Part shown: piece after piece, positions 1 through 8,738 of the stretch
Numbering within the stretch: the stretch's first letter is position 1
Layout of the letters: every line of letters starts with the position of its first letter
Virus record (IMG/VR): IMGVR_UViG_2663762939_000014
Length of the DNA: 18,713 nt
Source: a virus
Taxonomy: Duplodnaviria; Heunggongvirae; Uroviricota; Caudoviricetes
Strand: one strand, 5' to 3'
Notes under the pieces: model-generated
Told to the model about the DNA's origin: nothing
Database searches by the model: none
What the model saw: only the letters and a program-made list of their open reading frames with translations
Program-made: the position numbers and the translations under genes

Positions 1-288
1 TTAACGGATCAACATCCAGATCAGCAGACACGCCACCACCGGCACAGCAAAATCCATCAGGCTTGCCACATCCCACACGCGCGGATCAAAACCGCCCCAC
101 CACGGCATGTTAATCCTCTTGCCATGCCCAAACATTTCAATCCAGCGATATTCTGCCTGGGTGTGTTCACGCGCAATGAAGAACGTACAACCGGCTATCG
201 CACCGTAAGCCCAGTTTCCGGTAAAAAGACCAGCCAGTACCTGCACCGCTACGGCACAAAGCGCATGAAGTATCGACGTGATATCCAT
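1..288 (-). CDS. hypothetical small integral membrane protein (95 aa)
   Basis: ATG at 286-288 with AAGGA about 6 nt upstream; stop at 1-3; hydrophobic segments ILHALCAVAVQVLAGLF, AYGAIAGCTFFIA and LMDFAVPVVACLLIWMLI suggest 2-3 TM helices; starts 10 nt after the upstream ORF stop; no family recognised. Confidence 0.5.
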   Translation of the reverse strand: MDITSILHALCAVAVQVLAGLFTGNWAYGAIAGCTFFIAREHTQAEYRWIEMFGHGKRINMPWWGGFDPRVWDVASLMDFAVPVVACLLIWMLIR

Positions 289-297
289 CTGCTATCC

Positions 298-576
298 TTA
301 AAACCACTCCCTGAGCGGGCGCTCTGGTGTAACCACCCACTCACGGAACACGGAATCATCAAATCCATCGTCAAGAAGACGGATATTAACAAAGTACCCT
401 TCGTTTCGCGTGTATTCTGGTTCTCCGTCATCAGAAACATCTGTCTCCCTGAACGTAAAACCAATCTCATCAACCAGAACGGCATTCTGCAGCTCTTCGT
501 CCTCTTCCCAGTTAAGTTTCCTGAGAAATGCCCTGAAATCTGCTTTATCACTGAAACGCAACGTGAAATCTCTCAC
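298..576 (-). CDS. hypothetical small acidic protein (92 aa)
   Basis: GTG start at 574-576 overlapping the tail fibre stop (GTGA); GGGGAGG about 7 nt upstream; 24 Asp/Glu versus 12 Arg/Lys; no family recognised; not similar to lambda Tfa as I recall it. Confidence 0.5.
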   Translation of the reverse strand: MRDFTLRFSDKADFRAFLRKLNWEEDEELQNAVLVDEIGFTFRETDVSDDGEPEYTRNEGYFVNIRLLDDGFDDSVFREWVVTPERPLREWF

Positions 577-1838
577 TCCACAACCTCCCCAAGCTGCGCA
601 TCTGTTAGCTCTTTATGCCAGAGACGAAAATTCCTCACATGCCCAAATAAATGGCGTAATCCTGCTGTAGTTTGTCCACCAATGCGAATGGTTGCTGTAC
701 TCCGGATATATTCCCATTTGGTTTTAGTTTCGCTGCTTAACTTACCGTTACTGACTACACATGTGGACCGTTCGGACTTTACCCGCATACCAATAAGCAT
801 TTTTTCCAGCCCGGCATTTTCATTTATTCGTCGGTCTGAACCACCTATATCGCAATACGGAAAACCGTCGTACCCACCTGATGAACCAAACCCCATTACG
901 ATCCCCGCATCTGCCTGATGCCGGTATGTGTCAAAAACACGCGGTGCTGCATTTGGCGTTTTATACCAGTTCTTATGTACCTCACAAAGAACCGTAAAAG
1001 GAAGATTATAAAGATTATTCTTAATCGGAACTGTAACCATATCGCTTGCCCGCGTTACCGGTGCCGTCCCCGTAACAATAAAAGATGATGCGCCTGTACC
1101 AGCCTCAATCTGTGGAGTGGTTACATCGAGATAATCCCCTGATGCAACCATCTGCCCTGTATCCGGAGAATACTGGACAAAACCACCAACCGTATTTTCT
1201 GTTGTATCTGCTTTTAATGTAGCCTCAAAAAATATCCAGCCAGTTGCATCATCCTTAACAGACCTTGCTGTAACACGGCTTGTCTGACCTGTCTTGCTAA
1301 TTATGCGGGTGGTAAGGTTCAGGTTTGCTGCTCCTATTGATGTCCTTACCTCCCCATCATAATGTTCAAATAAAATACGAACGGCGATATTATCAACTTC
1401 ACTTTTTACCCGACAGGATATAGTTACATGCTTTTCGTCCCCTGAAGTATCAACCCCTCCGGTACTCGAATACAGCCCGATAATGGTATGCGCTTTACTT
1501 GTACCAACAATCGAATCCTGTACGACAAACCGGCCATAATTAAACCCGAAACTATCTGTGCCTGTTTCTGTAACGTCCAGTGAAGTTGACTTATTCCACT
1601 TCGAAGGGTCTGTACTGTTCGGGAAGAAGTTCGTTCTTTGCCCCTCAATAAGCAGGCCATCACACTCAAATCGTGGCTCATTAATTTCCGCCGTTTTCAG
1701 TTCGCCAGATTTGTTGATATATGTTGCCGTTGATGCGCGACTGAAATTAACCTGTTTATCACTGGCAACCTGAACCACATTATCACCAATCTTCACTTTT
1801 TTATAACCCGGTGGATTTGCCCCTATATTTCCAGACAT
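573..1838 (-). pseudogene. stf: C-terminal fragment of IS2-disrupted side tail fibre gene (distal receptor-binding region); native sequence is 573-1806, the first 9 codons of the track ORF (MSGNIGANP) are IS2-derived
   Basis: Native reading frame continues from the N-terminal fragment once IS2 plus one TSD copy is removed; ORF start ATG lies inside the IS2 terminal repeat; C-terminal end FGHVRNFRLWHKELTDAQL resembles a concanavalin/LamG-like lectin fold (inference). Confidence 0.7.
1807..1811. repeat. IS2 target-site duplication copy (CCCGG)
   Basis: Identical 5-bp CCCGG immediately flanking both IS2 ends (1807-1811 and 3143-3147). Confidence 0.85.
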
Positions 1839-2728
1839 CTGTTATCACTTAACCCATTACAAGCCCGCTGCCGCAGATATTCCCGTGGCGAGCGATAACC
1901 CAGCGCACTATGCGGATGCCATTCGTTATAATGCTCGAACGCCTCTGCAAGGTTCTTTGCTGCCGTTAACCCGTCTGGTTTGGGCATGATACTGATGTAG
2001 TCACGCTTTATCGTTTTCACGAAGCTCTCTGCTATTCCGTTACTCTCCGGACTCCGCACCGCCGTGTTCTTCGGTTCAAGTCCCAACATCCGGGCGAACT
2101 GGCGTGTTTCATTAGCCCGGTAGCATGAACCATTATCCGTCAGCCACTCCACTGGAGACGACGGAAGATCGTTGCCGAAGCGGCGTTCCACCGCTCCCAG
2201 CATGACGTCCTGTACTGTTTCACTGTTGAAGCCGCCGGTAGTGACCGCCCAGTGCAGTGCCTCACGATCACAGCAGTCCAGCGCGAACGTGACACGCAGT
2301 CTCTCTCCGTTATCACAGCAGAACTCGAACCCGTCAGAGCACCATCGCTGATTGCTTTCTTTCACGGCCACTCTGCCTGTATGTGCCCGTTTCGATGGCG
2401 GTACAGCAGGTTTTCGCTCAAGCAACAGCGCATTCTGGCGCATGATCCGGTAAACACGTTTGGCATTGATCGCAGGCATACCATCAAGTTCTGCCTGTCT
2501 GCGAAGCAGCGCCCATACCCGACGATAACCATACGTTGGCAGCTCTCCGATAACATGGTGTATACGGAGAAGCACATCCGTATCATCAGTGTGACGACTG
2601 CGGCGGCCATCCATCCAGTCATCGGTTCGTCTGAGAATGACGTGCAACTGCGCACGCGACACCCGGAGACAACGGCTGACTAAGCTTACTCCCCATCCCC
2701 GGGCAATAAGGGCGCGTGCGCTATCCAC
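1823..2728 (-). CDS. insD: IS2 transposase OrfB (InsD, 301 aa), normally made as an OrfAB fusion by -1 frameshifting
   Basis: Protein matches IS2 InsD from memory (DDE integrase-like catalytic region); overlaps orfA at the A AAA AAG slippery site. Confidence 0.9.
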
Positions 2729-3051
2729 TTTTTTGCCCGTCCATATTCAACGGCTTCTTTGAGGAGTTCATTTTCCATCGTTTTCTTGCCGAGCAGGCGC
2801 TGGAGTTCTTTAATCTGCTTCATGGCGGCAGCAAGTTCAGAGGCAGGAACAACCTGTTCTCCGGCGGCGACAGCAGTAAGACTTCCTTCCTGGTATTGCT
2901 TACGCCAGAGAAATAACTGGCTGGCTGCTACACCATGTTGCCGGGCAACGAGGGAGACCGTCATCCCCGGTTCAAAGCTCTGCTGAACAATTGCGATCTT
3001 TTCCTGTGTGGTACGCCGTCTGCGTTTCTCCGGCCCTAAGACATCAATCAT
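2686..3051 (-). CDS. insC: IS2 OrfA (InsC, 121 aa, helix-turn-helix regulator)
   Basis: ATG at 3049-3051 gives [24 protein letters not shown]..., matching IS2 InsC; the track ORF start at 3096 is an upstream extension. Confidence 0.88.
2728..2734 (-). other. IS2 programmed -1 ribosomal frameshift heptamer A AAA AAG (orfA to orfAB)
   Basis: Plus strand CTTTTTT at 2728-2734 is AAAAAAG on the minus strand, in the orfA/orfB overlap (OrfA ...AKKW...). Confidence 0.75.
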
Positions 3052-3126
3052 CTGTTCTCCAATGACTAGTCTAAAAACTAGTATTAAGACTATCACTTAT
3101 TTAAGTGATATTGGTTGTCTGGAGAT

Positions 3127-3981
3127 TCAGGGGGCCAGTCTACCCGGAGAATAGCCCGTAATCATATCCAGCGAATCATTAAAGGGTATCCACACATCCG
3201 GCAGCGGCTGTAAAACATATCTGTACGGCTCTGCTGTCTGGTTTGCGTATTCTCTGGCAGCATCTTCACTTGCTTTTGCTGCCGTCTGGCTTGCTGCCGA
3301 TGCTTTCGCCGAGTTCGCCGCCGCTGTTTCGCTCACCTTTGCGTTGGCTTCACTGTCTTTGGCATTCGTCTCACTGGTTTTCGCTGCCGTCTGGCTGGAT
3401 TTTGCGTTTTTTTCGCTGGCCTTTGTGGCTGTCTCGCTATTTTTCGCGCTGGTTTCTGATTTTTTGGCTGCTGTCGCGGAGTTTGCCGATGCAGTCTGCG
3501 AGGCCGCTGCCGCCTGTGCGCTGTTAGCTGCATTCGTTTCTGAGGTTTTCGCCGCGTTCTTCGATGATGTCGCTGCCGTTTCGGATTTCTTTGCCGCCGC
3601 TGCACTCTGTGATGACGCTCCGGCATGACGTGCCACTTCATTCACCATCAGCTCAAAACGGCGCAGTGCCTCCGGACGAACATCATCCTCCGTCATGGCA
3701 CCGAGAAAATCATTCAGCGTACCTGGTCTGGAACCTTCATAGACGGTAATGGTCCCGGCATGTGAAGGTGGAAAACCTTCAACCAGCAGGGTGACGCTGT
3801 ACTGGCCATACTCAACATCCATGCTGTAACGCCCGGCTTCATCCGGATTTTCAGAGGCCACCGTGTTCACCAGTACCGTGGTGCTGTTACGCTTTGCCTT
3901 CAGTTGAATAGTGCAGTTCTGTATTGGTTTTCCCGCACCATCTTTCAGCACACCTGAGATTTTTACTGCTGCCATATCCAC
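3127..3981 (-). pseudogene. stf: N-terminal fragment of IS2-disrupted side tail fibre gene (Stf-like anchor plus Ala/Ser/Thr-rich repeats); likely true start is the ATG at 3973-3975
   Basis: N-terminus (M)AAVKISGVLKDGAGKPIQNCTIQLKAKRNSTT...EGFPPSHAGTITVYE matches the lambda/Rac Stf N-terminus; last residues (RLAP) and stop are read from IS2; GGAG upstream of the ATG at 3975. Confidence 0.8.
3300..3640 (-). repeat. Imperfect tandem coding repeats (Ala/Ser/Thr-rich, SETNAK-like motifs) in the tail fibre shaft
   Basis: Repeated GCTGCCGTCTGGCT / TTTTCGC-type units on the plus strand; encodes KKSETAATSSKNAAKTSETNAANSA... low-complexity repeats. Confidence 0.6.
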
Positions 3982-3986
3982 TCCAC

Positions 3987-4012
3987 AAAAAAGCCCGCCT
4001 GAACCGGCGGGC
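3987..4012 (-). terminator. Putative intrinsic terminator downstream of lom
   Basis: Minus-strand hairpin GCCCGCC-GGTTCA-GGCGGGC followed by UUUUUU (plus-strand A-run 3987-3992, stems 3993-3999 and 4006-4012). Confidence 0.55.
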
Positions 4013-4039
4013 TGTCATAACACTGTGTTACCTGGCTAA

Positions 4040-4639
4040 TCAGAACTTATAACCGACACCCACGATGAAACCGTCAGTGCGCCAGTCACCACTACCGGAG
4101 CCTTCATAAGCAATATCAATGGCCACGGATTCGGTCGGGTTAAACTGCACGCCAGCCCCCCACGCCAGAGACGTGTTGCTGTGGCGACCGTCATCACTTC
4201 CGGTCAGCACATCGTGCGTTTTCCCCTTGTTGTCAGTTACGCGGAGATAATCCCCGGAGAAAGTCGACACACGGCTGTAAGCCACACCCACCATCGCATA
4301 CGCGCTGAACCATTCATTCACGCGTACAGACGGCCCCGCCATCACGCTGAACCAGCGGTTACGCACGGAATCTTCATGCCAGCGGGTATCGCTGTAGTGC
4401 GTTTTTTGCTCATCCTCAGCATTGGCATAACTGAAGGACGTAATCAGCCCCAGCGCGTCCGTAAACTCATAACGGTATTTCACGTTAATCCCGTTCAGAT
4501 TATCGCTGCCGGGAGCGTTCGTACGGGCATGAAGATACCCCGCGCTCAGTGTGGACTGATGTTCAGACGCCCATGCAGGCGCACCGGATACGGACAGACA
4601 GATGGCTGCGGACAAAATGGCTGCACATAATTTACGCAT
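4040..4639 (-). CDS. lom: Lom, Ail/Lom-family outer membrane beta-barrel protein (199 aa)
   Basis: Near-identical over most of its length to lambda Lom as I recall it (MRKL.AAILSAAICL.VSGAPAWASEHQSTLSAGYLHA...GFIVGVGYKF); signal peptide present. Confidence 0.93.
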   Translation of the reverse strand: MRKLCAAILSAAICLSVSGAPAWASEHQSTLSAGYLHARTNAPGSDNLNGINVKYRYEFTDALGLITSFSYANAEDEQKTHYSDTRWHEDSVRNRWFSVMAGPSVRVNEWFSAYAMVGVAYSRVSTFSGDYLRVTDNKGKTHDVLTGSDDGRHSNTSLAWGAGVQFNPTESVAIDIAYEGSGSGDWRTDGFIVGVGYKF

Positions 4640-4663
4640 AATTACCTCTCGCTTTTCTGCAAT

Positions 4664-4687
4664 AAAAAAGGCGCCATTTCTGGCGCC
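4664..4687 (-). terminator. Putative intrinsic terminator downstream of J
   Basis: Minus-strand hairpin GGCGCC-AGAAAU-GGCGCC followed by UUUUUU (plus-strand A-run 4664-4669), about 20 nt after the J stop. Confidence 0.55.
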
Positions 4688-4706
4688 CGTATATGGGTTA
4701 TAAAAT

Positions 4707-7700
4707 TCAGCTAATCGTGATGCCTGCAGTGGCTTTCTTCATCACAACAACCAGCAAATCGCTGATACTTGCTGTGGGATACCAGCCATTTACCCACCAT
4801 GCTGATACAGAAAACTCCAGCGTCATGTCGCCGCGACCAGCAGGCATATCAATAACACCACTGTAAACCAGCGTATTATCCATCGCGGTACGGTTATAAA
4901 TTTCAGCACCGTTTTTCTTCACTATCAGGCGGCATGACGAATAAGTATCGCTGTTCTCCCGCTCATGTCTGGCACCGCTGAAAGCCACCGCCGGAATAAC
5001 AATCTGCCGGTTAAACGGCTGATCGTCATAAACCCTGACGGTAATGGTTCCTGATGGCCAACGCTTCGGTGCACGGGAGTCACGAGGGAAAGCCTTACCC
5101 ACTGTTTTAACGAGATCGCCTTCAATCTGGTTTGCAGACAGTTTCCCTCTGATGACACAGTTCTTGTTAATGGTGACATTATTGAGCGTGCCGGTATTCG
5201 CCGTGATGGCTCCACTGATATCCGCATTGCGGGCTGTCAGCCTGCCATCCGGCGTCAGGGAAAACGTCGGAGGATTGCCGGATGACGTGATGCTCACCGC
5301 AAACAGTCGCTTCAGGAACACGTCGTTCATGAACAGCTGATTCCCCTGCGCCACAAACAGCGGCGTGGTGTTGCCGTTCTCCGGGGTAATCATCGCAATG
5401 CGATCGGCCTGCAGCAGAATGTTACTCAGGGTCTGACCATCAACATCCTCAATCCCCGCGCCAATCCCGGCCACATAGGGAATACCGTTTTTTGTTTTCT
5501 GCACCTTCAGCATATACATGGCATTCAGCTCATTGCGCGTGTCTGACTGAACCCGCTGGATTTGCTGTATGGTCACGGCCTGGTCACCCAGCTTTTTATC
5601 CGTGGTCGAGGTAATTTCACTCCCTTTTTTATCCACGTACTGGCGGACCTGTGCTATCTGTCGGGCGTTTTCTGACTGCCCCTGGCTGACAGTCTGTGAG
5701 ATTTCACTGCTCACCCGGTCCACTTTCTGGCTCACCTGCGCGATGGCCAGTGTCTGGTCCTCATTCTTTTTCGCAACCAGCTGCGTGAGGCTGTTTTCCG
5801 CCTTCCCGATTTTCCGGGTCACTTCTGCGATATCCGTGTCCATCCGCTGACGGATATCTTCTTCCAGTTGCGTGACCTCCGTACGCAGCGCTGAAGCATC
5901 AATGCGCTCTTTCAGTGCCTGGCCCAGAAGCGTCTCATCTATCAGCCCCCGGAAAATTTCCAGATACCCTTCACCATCATTGCTGGGCTGCCCGCTGGCT
6001 TCCACAAAAGCAGATTTTCCCACCAGGTTGACGCTTCGCACGTAAAACCAGAAATCCGTCCCCGGCTTAATCCGGCTCCCCTGGACAGTCCACTGACTGC
6101 CGGTCCCCAGATAACGGGCAGATTTTTCCACCTGTGCTGTGTTCGTGATGCGTTTTTCTGAGAACCAGAATTCAAACTGCACCGTCGGGTCATACACCGC
6201 CAGCACCGGTACCGCCGTTATCTGAAAATACCCCGGCGTCAGCTCAATGGTGGCGGGTTTTGCAGGCGCGTTAATCCGGAAGGTGGTGGTCGCAGGTTCG
6301 CCCTGCTGGCCGTAGCTGTTAATGGCCCGCACCGTCAGGGTGTATTCCCCCAGTGGCAGGCCGCTGAAACGGTGCTCCGTGTCTGCGGTGATGGCGGTGG
6401 TCACCAGTCTGGCATCCGTTCCCTTACCACTGGTCAGGCGCAGACTGAAGCGCACGCCCTTCACCACCCGCGGCGTGTCCCATTTAGCCTGCGCCAGATA
6501 CTGGCCGTCAGCTGCGCTCACCTCCACCGTCAGGTGCTGCACTGCCGGTGGGATAACGCTGTTCAGGGTGCCTGACTGCGGCTCAAAGCGGGCCCCGTTA
6601 TCCACGATGGCTTCTTTTTCAGGTACGTGCTGCACCGCCGTGATGGCAAAGGTGCCGTCCGTGTTTTCCCGGATGGAGACACAGCGGAACAGGCGACGAC
6701 GCAGTGACGGCAGGGAGAGTCCCCACACACCGTATGTCTCCACACCATCCGGCAGGGTGCTGACCTGTATCCGGTCAGGCGCGGGGTGTGCGGTGATGGC
6801 CACGCTCGCCGGCTTACCGCTGCCGTTAATCAGATTAACAGTGGCCGTGCCGGTCTCCGGCAGTGTCACCTCCCGGTCCAGCGTCAGGGTACGGCTGGCG
6901 GCATCGATGGACAGGACACGTCCGCCGGTCATGGTCCCGGCATAGTCGTTATCACAGATTTCAATGATGTCACCGGGTGTGTGACGCAGCCCCTGTGACC
7001 CGAGCGTGAAATCCACCGTCTGCGTTTCCAGCAGTTCGGTCTTTATCACCCACAGCCCGGCACGGTGGGCCTGACCGCGGCTGGTACAGCCGAACGCGTC
7101 CATCTTCAGCAGGTTGCGTCCGTAGCGCAGTATGGCTTCCGGGTCTTCCACCAGTTCCGTGGAGGTCTGCCAGCCGTTCTGCGGGTCGGTGTAATTCACC
7201 TCCACCGCCGTGTGCCGGTCCTTCAGGGCACTGAAGCTGTAGCGGAAACCCACGCCGTTATCATCCACCACCACATCGCTGCTGGTGTACGGCCACACCA
7301 CATCCGACGGGCGGTCCTGAACGAACGTCAGCGTCTGACCGTTCCATACCGGCATACAGCGCATCGCAGAGCAGAAATCACTGAGAACGTCCCACGCCTT
7401 ACGCTGTTGTGCCAGGTACGCATTAAAGGTCATCCGCAGCTCGGTCCCCCCGAAACCATCCGGGACCGTCTGGTCGCAGTACTGCCCGATGGCATACAGC
7501 GCCCACTTGTCCACATCCGCCGCCCCCAGACGTTTTCCCATGCCGTAGCGCGGGTGAGTCAGCATGTCCCACAGACACCAGGCCGGGTTGTTGCTGTATG
7601 CCGGTTTCAGGCTGCCGTCCCAGATACCACTGTACGTGCGTTTTTCCGGGTCATAGTTTGACGGCACCTGGATGATGCGACCGCGGATATGGTAGTTCAC

Positions 7701-8399
7701 CGTCATCTGCTGGCCGCCGAACTGCTCCGCATCCACCTGCAGCCCCACAATGGCCGTGTTCGGGTAGCACTGTTTCACATCGATGATTTCGGTGTATGAC
7801 GACCACAGCGTCTTATTCTGCAGCTGGTCCGTGGTGCTGTCCGCCGTCTCCCTGACCATCCGGATGTTAAAGGGCCGGGGAGGCAGATTATCCAGAATCA
7901 CCGAGGCCAGGAACTGCGAGGTGGTCTTGCCGTTAATGGTGACATCCTTTTCCGTCACCCAGCGGCCATTACGCTGTAACTGAATCAGAATCCGGACAGA
8001 GGAAGGATTACGGTCGCCCTTTGACGTGGTCTGCACCAGTGACTGCACCCCGAAGGTAACCCGCAGGCGGTCAATGTTCGCGGACGTAATGGTGCGCGTC
8101 ACCGGTTTTGCCTTCGTCACTTCCACGCCCAGTCCGGTTTCAGCTCCGGAGGACTCAAAGCCTTCCGGTGGTGTCTGCTCCTGCTCCCCGGCACGCCAGA
8201 CCGCAGTCACACCGTGTATCACGGGATTACCGTCCGTGTCCGTCAGCGGGGTTTTGTTCACCAGAATACTCTGCAGTCCCTTCACCGGACCTTCTATCGG
8301 TCCCTCACCAATCGCATCAATCACACTCATCATCTGCGTGGATTTGAGATTATCCTTCGCCTCACGAGGCGTGTGTGCCTTACCGCCACCTTTTCCCAT
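4707..8399 (-). CDS. J: Tail tip central fibre / host specificity protein J (1230 aa)
   Basis: Collinear similarity to lambda J from the N-terminus ([19 protein letters not shown]...[14 protein letters not shown]) through the fibronectin-like region; longer than the ~1132-aa lambda J as I recall it, with an extended coiled-coil segment and a divergent C-terminus. Confidence 0.93.
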   Translation of the reverse strand: MGKGGGKAHTPREAKDNLKSTQMMSVIDAIGEGPIEGPVKGLQSILVNKTPLTDTDGNPVIHGVTAVWRAGEQEQTPPEGFESSGAETGLGVEVTKAKPVTRTITSANIDRLRVTFGVQSLVQTTSKGDRNPSSVRILIQLQRNGRWVTEKDVTINGKTTSQFLASVILDNLPPRPFNIRMVRETADSTTDQLQNKTLWSSYTEIIDVKQCYPNTAIVGLQVDAEQFGGQQMTVNYHIRGRIIQVPSNYDPEKRTYSGIWDGSLKPAYSNNPAWCLWDMLTHPRYGMGKRLGAADVDKWALYAIGQYCDQTVPDGFGGTELRMTFNAYLAQQRKAWDVLSDFCSAMRCMPVWNGQTLTFVQDRPSDVVWPYTSSDVVVDDNGVGFRYSFSALKDRHTAVEVNYTDPQNGWQTSTELVEDPEAILRYGRNLLKMDAFGCTSRGQAHRAGLWVIKTELLETQTVDFTLGSQGLRHTPGDIIEICDNDYAGTMTGGRVLSIDAASRTLTLDREVTLPETGTATVNLINGSGKPASVAITAHPAPDRIQVSTLPDGVETYGVWGLSLPSLRRRLFRCVSIRENTDGTFAITAVQHVPEKEAIVDNGARFEPQSGTLNSVIPPAVQHLTVEVSAADGQYLAQAKWDTPRVVKGVRFSLRLTSGKGTDARLVTTAITADTEHRFSGLPLGEYTLTVRAINSYGQQGEPATTTFRINAPAKPATIELTPGYFQITAVPVLAVYDPTVQFEFWFSEKRITNTAQVEKSARYLGTGSQWTVQGSRIKPGTDFWFYVRSVNLVGKSAFVEASGQPSNDGEGYLEIFRGLIDETLLGQALKERIDASALRTEVTQLEEDIRQRMDTDIAEVTRKIGKAENSLTQLVAKKNEDQTLAIAQVSQKVDRVSSEISQTVSQGQSENARQIAQVRQYVDKKGSEITSTTDKKLGDQAVTIQQIQRVQSDTRNELNAMYMLKVQKTKNGIPYVAGIGAGIEDVDGQTLSNILLQADRIAMITPENGNTTPLFVAQGNQLFMNDVFLKRLFAVSITSSGNPPTFSLTPDGRLTARNADISGAITANTGTLNNVTINKNCVIRGKLSANQIEGDLVKTVGKAFPRDSRAPKRWPSGTITVRVYDDQPFNRQIVIPAVAFSGARHERENSDTYSSCRLIVKKNGAEIYNRTAMDNTLVYSGVIDMPAGRGDMTLEFSVSAWWVNGWYPTASISDLLVVVMKKATAGITIS

Positions 8400-8467
8400 A
8401 CAGCCTTCCCCTGAATAAATTAACCGCCACTTGCCATTCCGTACAGAAGTCGGATATCCTTCGCCCG

Positions 8468-8538
8468 AAAAGCATGAAACACATTTCTGCCATGCTAAAG
8501 AGAAACCCCGGTATCAGCAGATACCGGGGTTTTCTTTC
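8468..8538 (+). ncRNA. Candidate small RNA A in the I-J spacer (weak promoter to hairpin 1)
   Basis: Possible TTGCCA (8431-8436), 18-nt spacer, TATCCT (8455-8460); internal stem AGCATG/CATGCT (8471-8496); 10-bp terminator stem 8506-8515/8520-8529 followed by TTTTCTTTC; no credible ORF. Confidence 0.2.
8506..8538 (+). terminator. Intrinsic-terminator-like hairpin 1 (possibly bidirectional)
   Basis: CCCCGGTATC-AGCA-GATACCGGGG followed by TTTTCTTTC; preceded by AAA so the minus-strand copy is also followed by a short U-run. Confidence 0.5.
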
Positions 8539-8604
8539 ATGCCCACCGATAATCCTGTTGGTTAAAACCGGTAATGGCATAAAAATTCTGAATATCTTCA
8601 CATT

Positions 8605-8632
8605 TTCACAAACTGACTGTGGCGCGTATAAT
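8605..8632 (+). promoter_or_regulatory. Putative sigma70 promoter (TTCACA, 16-nt spacer, TATAAT)
   Basis: -35 TTCACA at 8605-8610 (5/6 to consensus), 16-nt spacer, perfect -10 TATAAT at 8627-8632, in an AT-rich non-coding spacer. Confidence 0.4.
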
Positions 8633-8638
8633 TTCTCT

Positions 8639-8738
8639 GCGTTAATTTTTTTGTCGTGATATAAGAATAATTCCTTACACTTAATCTTCGTAACTCTCCC
8701 GCAGTTCCTGTCCGCGATCACTGCGGGATTTTTTTATT
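8639..8738 (+). ncRNA. Candidate small RNA B in the I-J spacer (about 95-100 nt, antisense to the late operon)
   Basis: Predicted start about 7 nt after the TATAAT; AU-rich body with no ORF; ends in the strong terminator hairpin 8698-8727 plus T7 run. Confidence 0.3.
8698..8736 (+). terminator. Rho-independent terminator (plus strand only)
   Basis: 8-bp GC-rich stem CCCGCAGT (8698-8705) / ACTGCGGG (8720-8727), then seven T at 8729-8735; the minus-strand complement is not followed by a U-tract. Confidence 0.6.

Larger units (their letters stand above)
1812..3142 (-). mobile_element. IS2 insertion sequence (IS3 family), complete 1331-bp copy
   Basis: Ends TGGATTTGCCCCTATATTTCCAGACATCTG at 1812 and GGAGATTCAGGGGGCCAGTCTA ending at 3142 match the IS2 terminal inverted repeats as I recall them; orfA and orfB present with A6G frameshift site; 5-bp flanking direct repeat. 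Confidence 0.93.

Noticed and set aside
124-918. 264-aa plus-strand ORF
   Set aside because: Antisense to three better-supported minus-strand genes (membrane protein, acidic protein, tail fibre end); no ribosome-binding site context and unprotein-like composition; most likely a spurious antisense frame
573-1806. Diversity-generating retroelement or invertible shufflon acting on the tail fibre C-terminus
   Set aside because: No reverse transcriptase gene, no template/variable repeat pair and no inverted crossover sites seen in the window; the only rearrangement is the IS2 insertion
3333-3641. 102-aa Arg/Gln/Pro-rich minus-strand ORF and plus-strand ORFs 3243-3527 and 3344-3628
   Set aside because: Alternative-frame or antisense readings of the Ala/Ser/Thr-rich tail fibre repeat; repeats keep several frames open by chance
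8380-8721. 113-aa minus-strand ORF and 94-aa plus-strand ORF (8375-8659) inside the I-J spacer
   Set aside because: Both start at poor or non-ATG codons without a ribosome-binding site, run through terminator hairpins and have Lys/Arg/Phe/Cys-rich composition typical of AT-rich non-coding DNA; the region is better explained as regulatory or ncRNA
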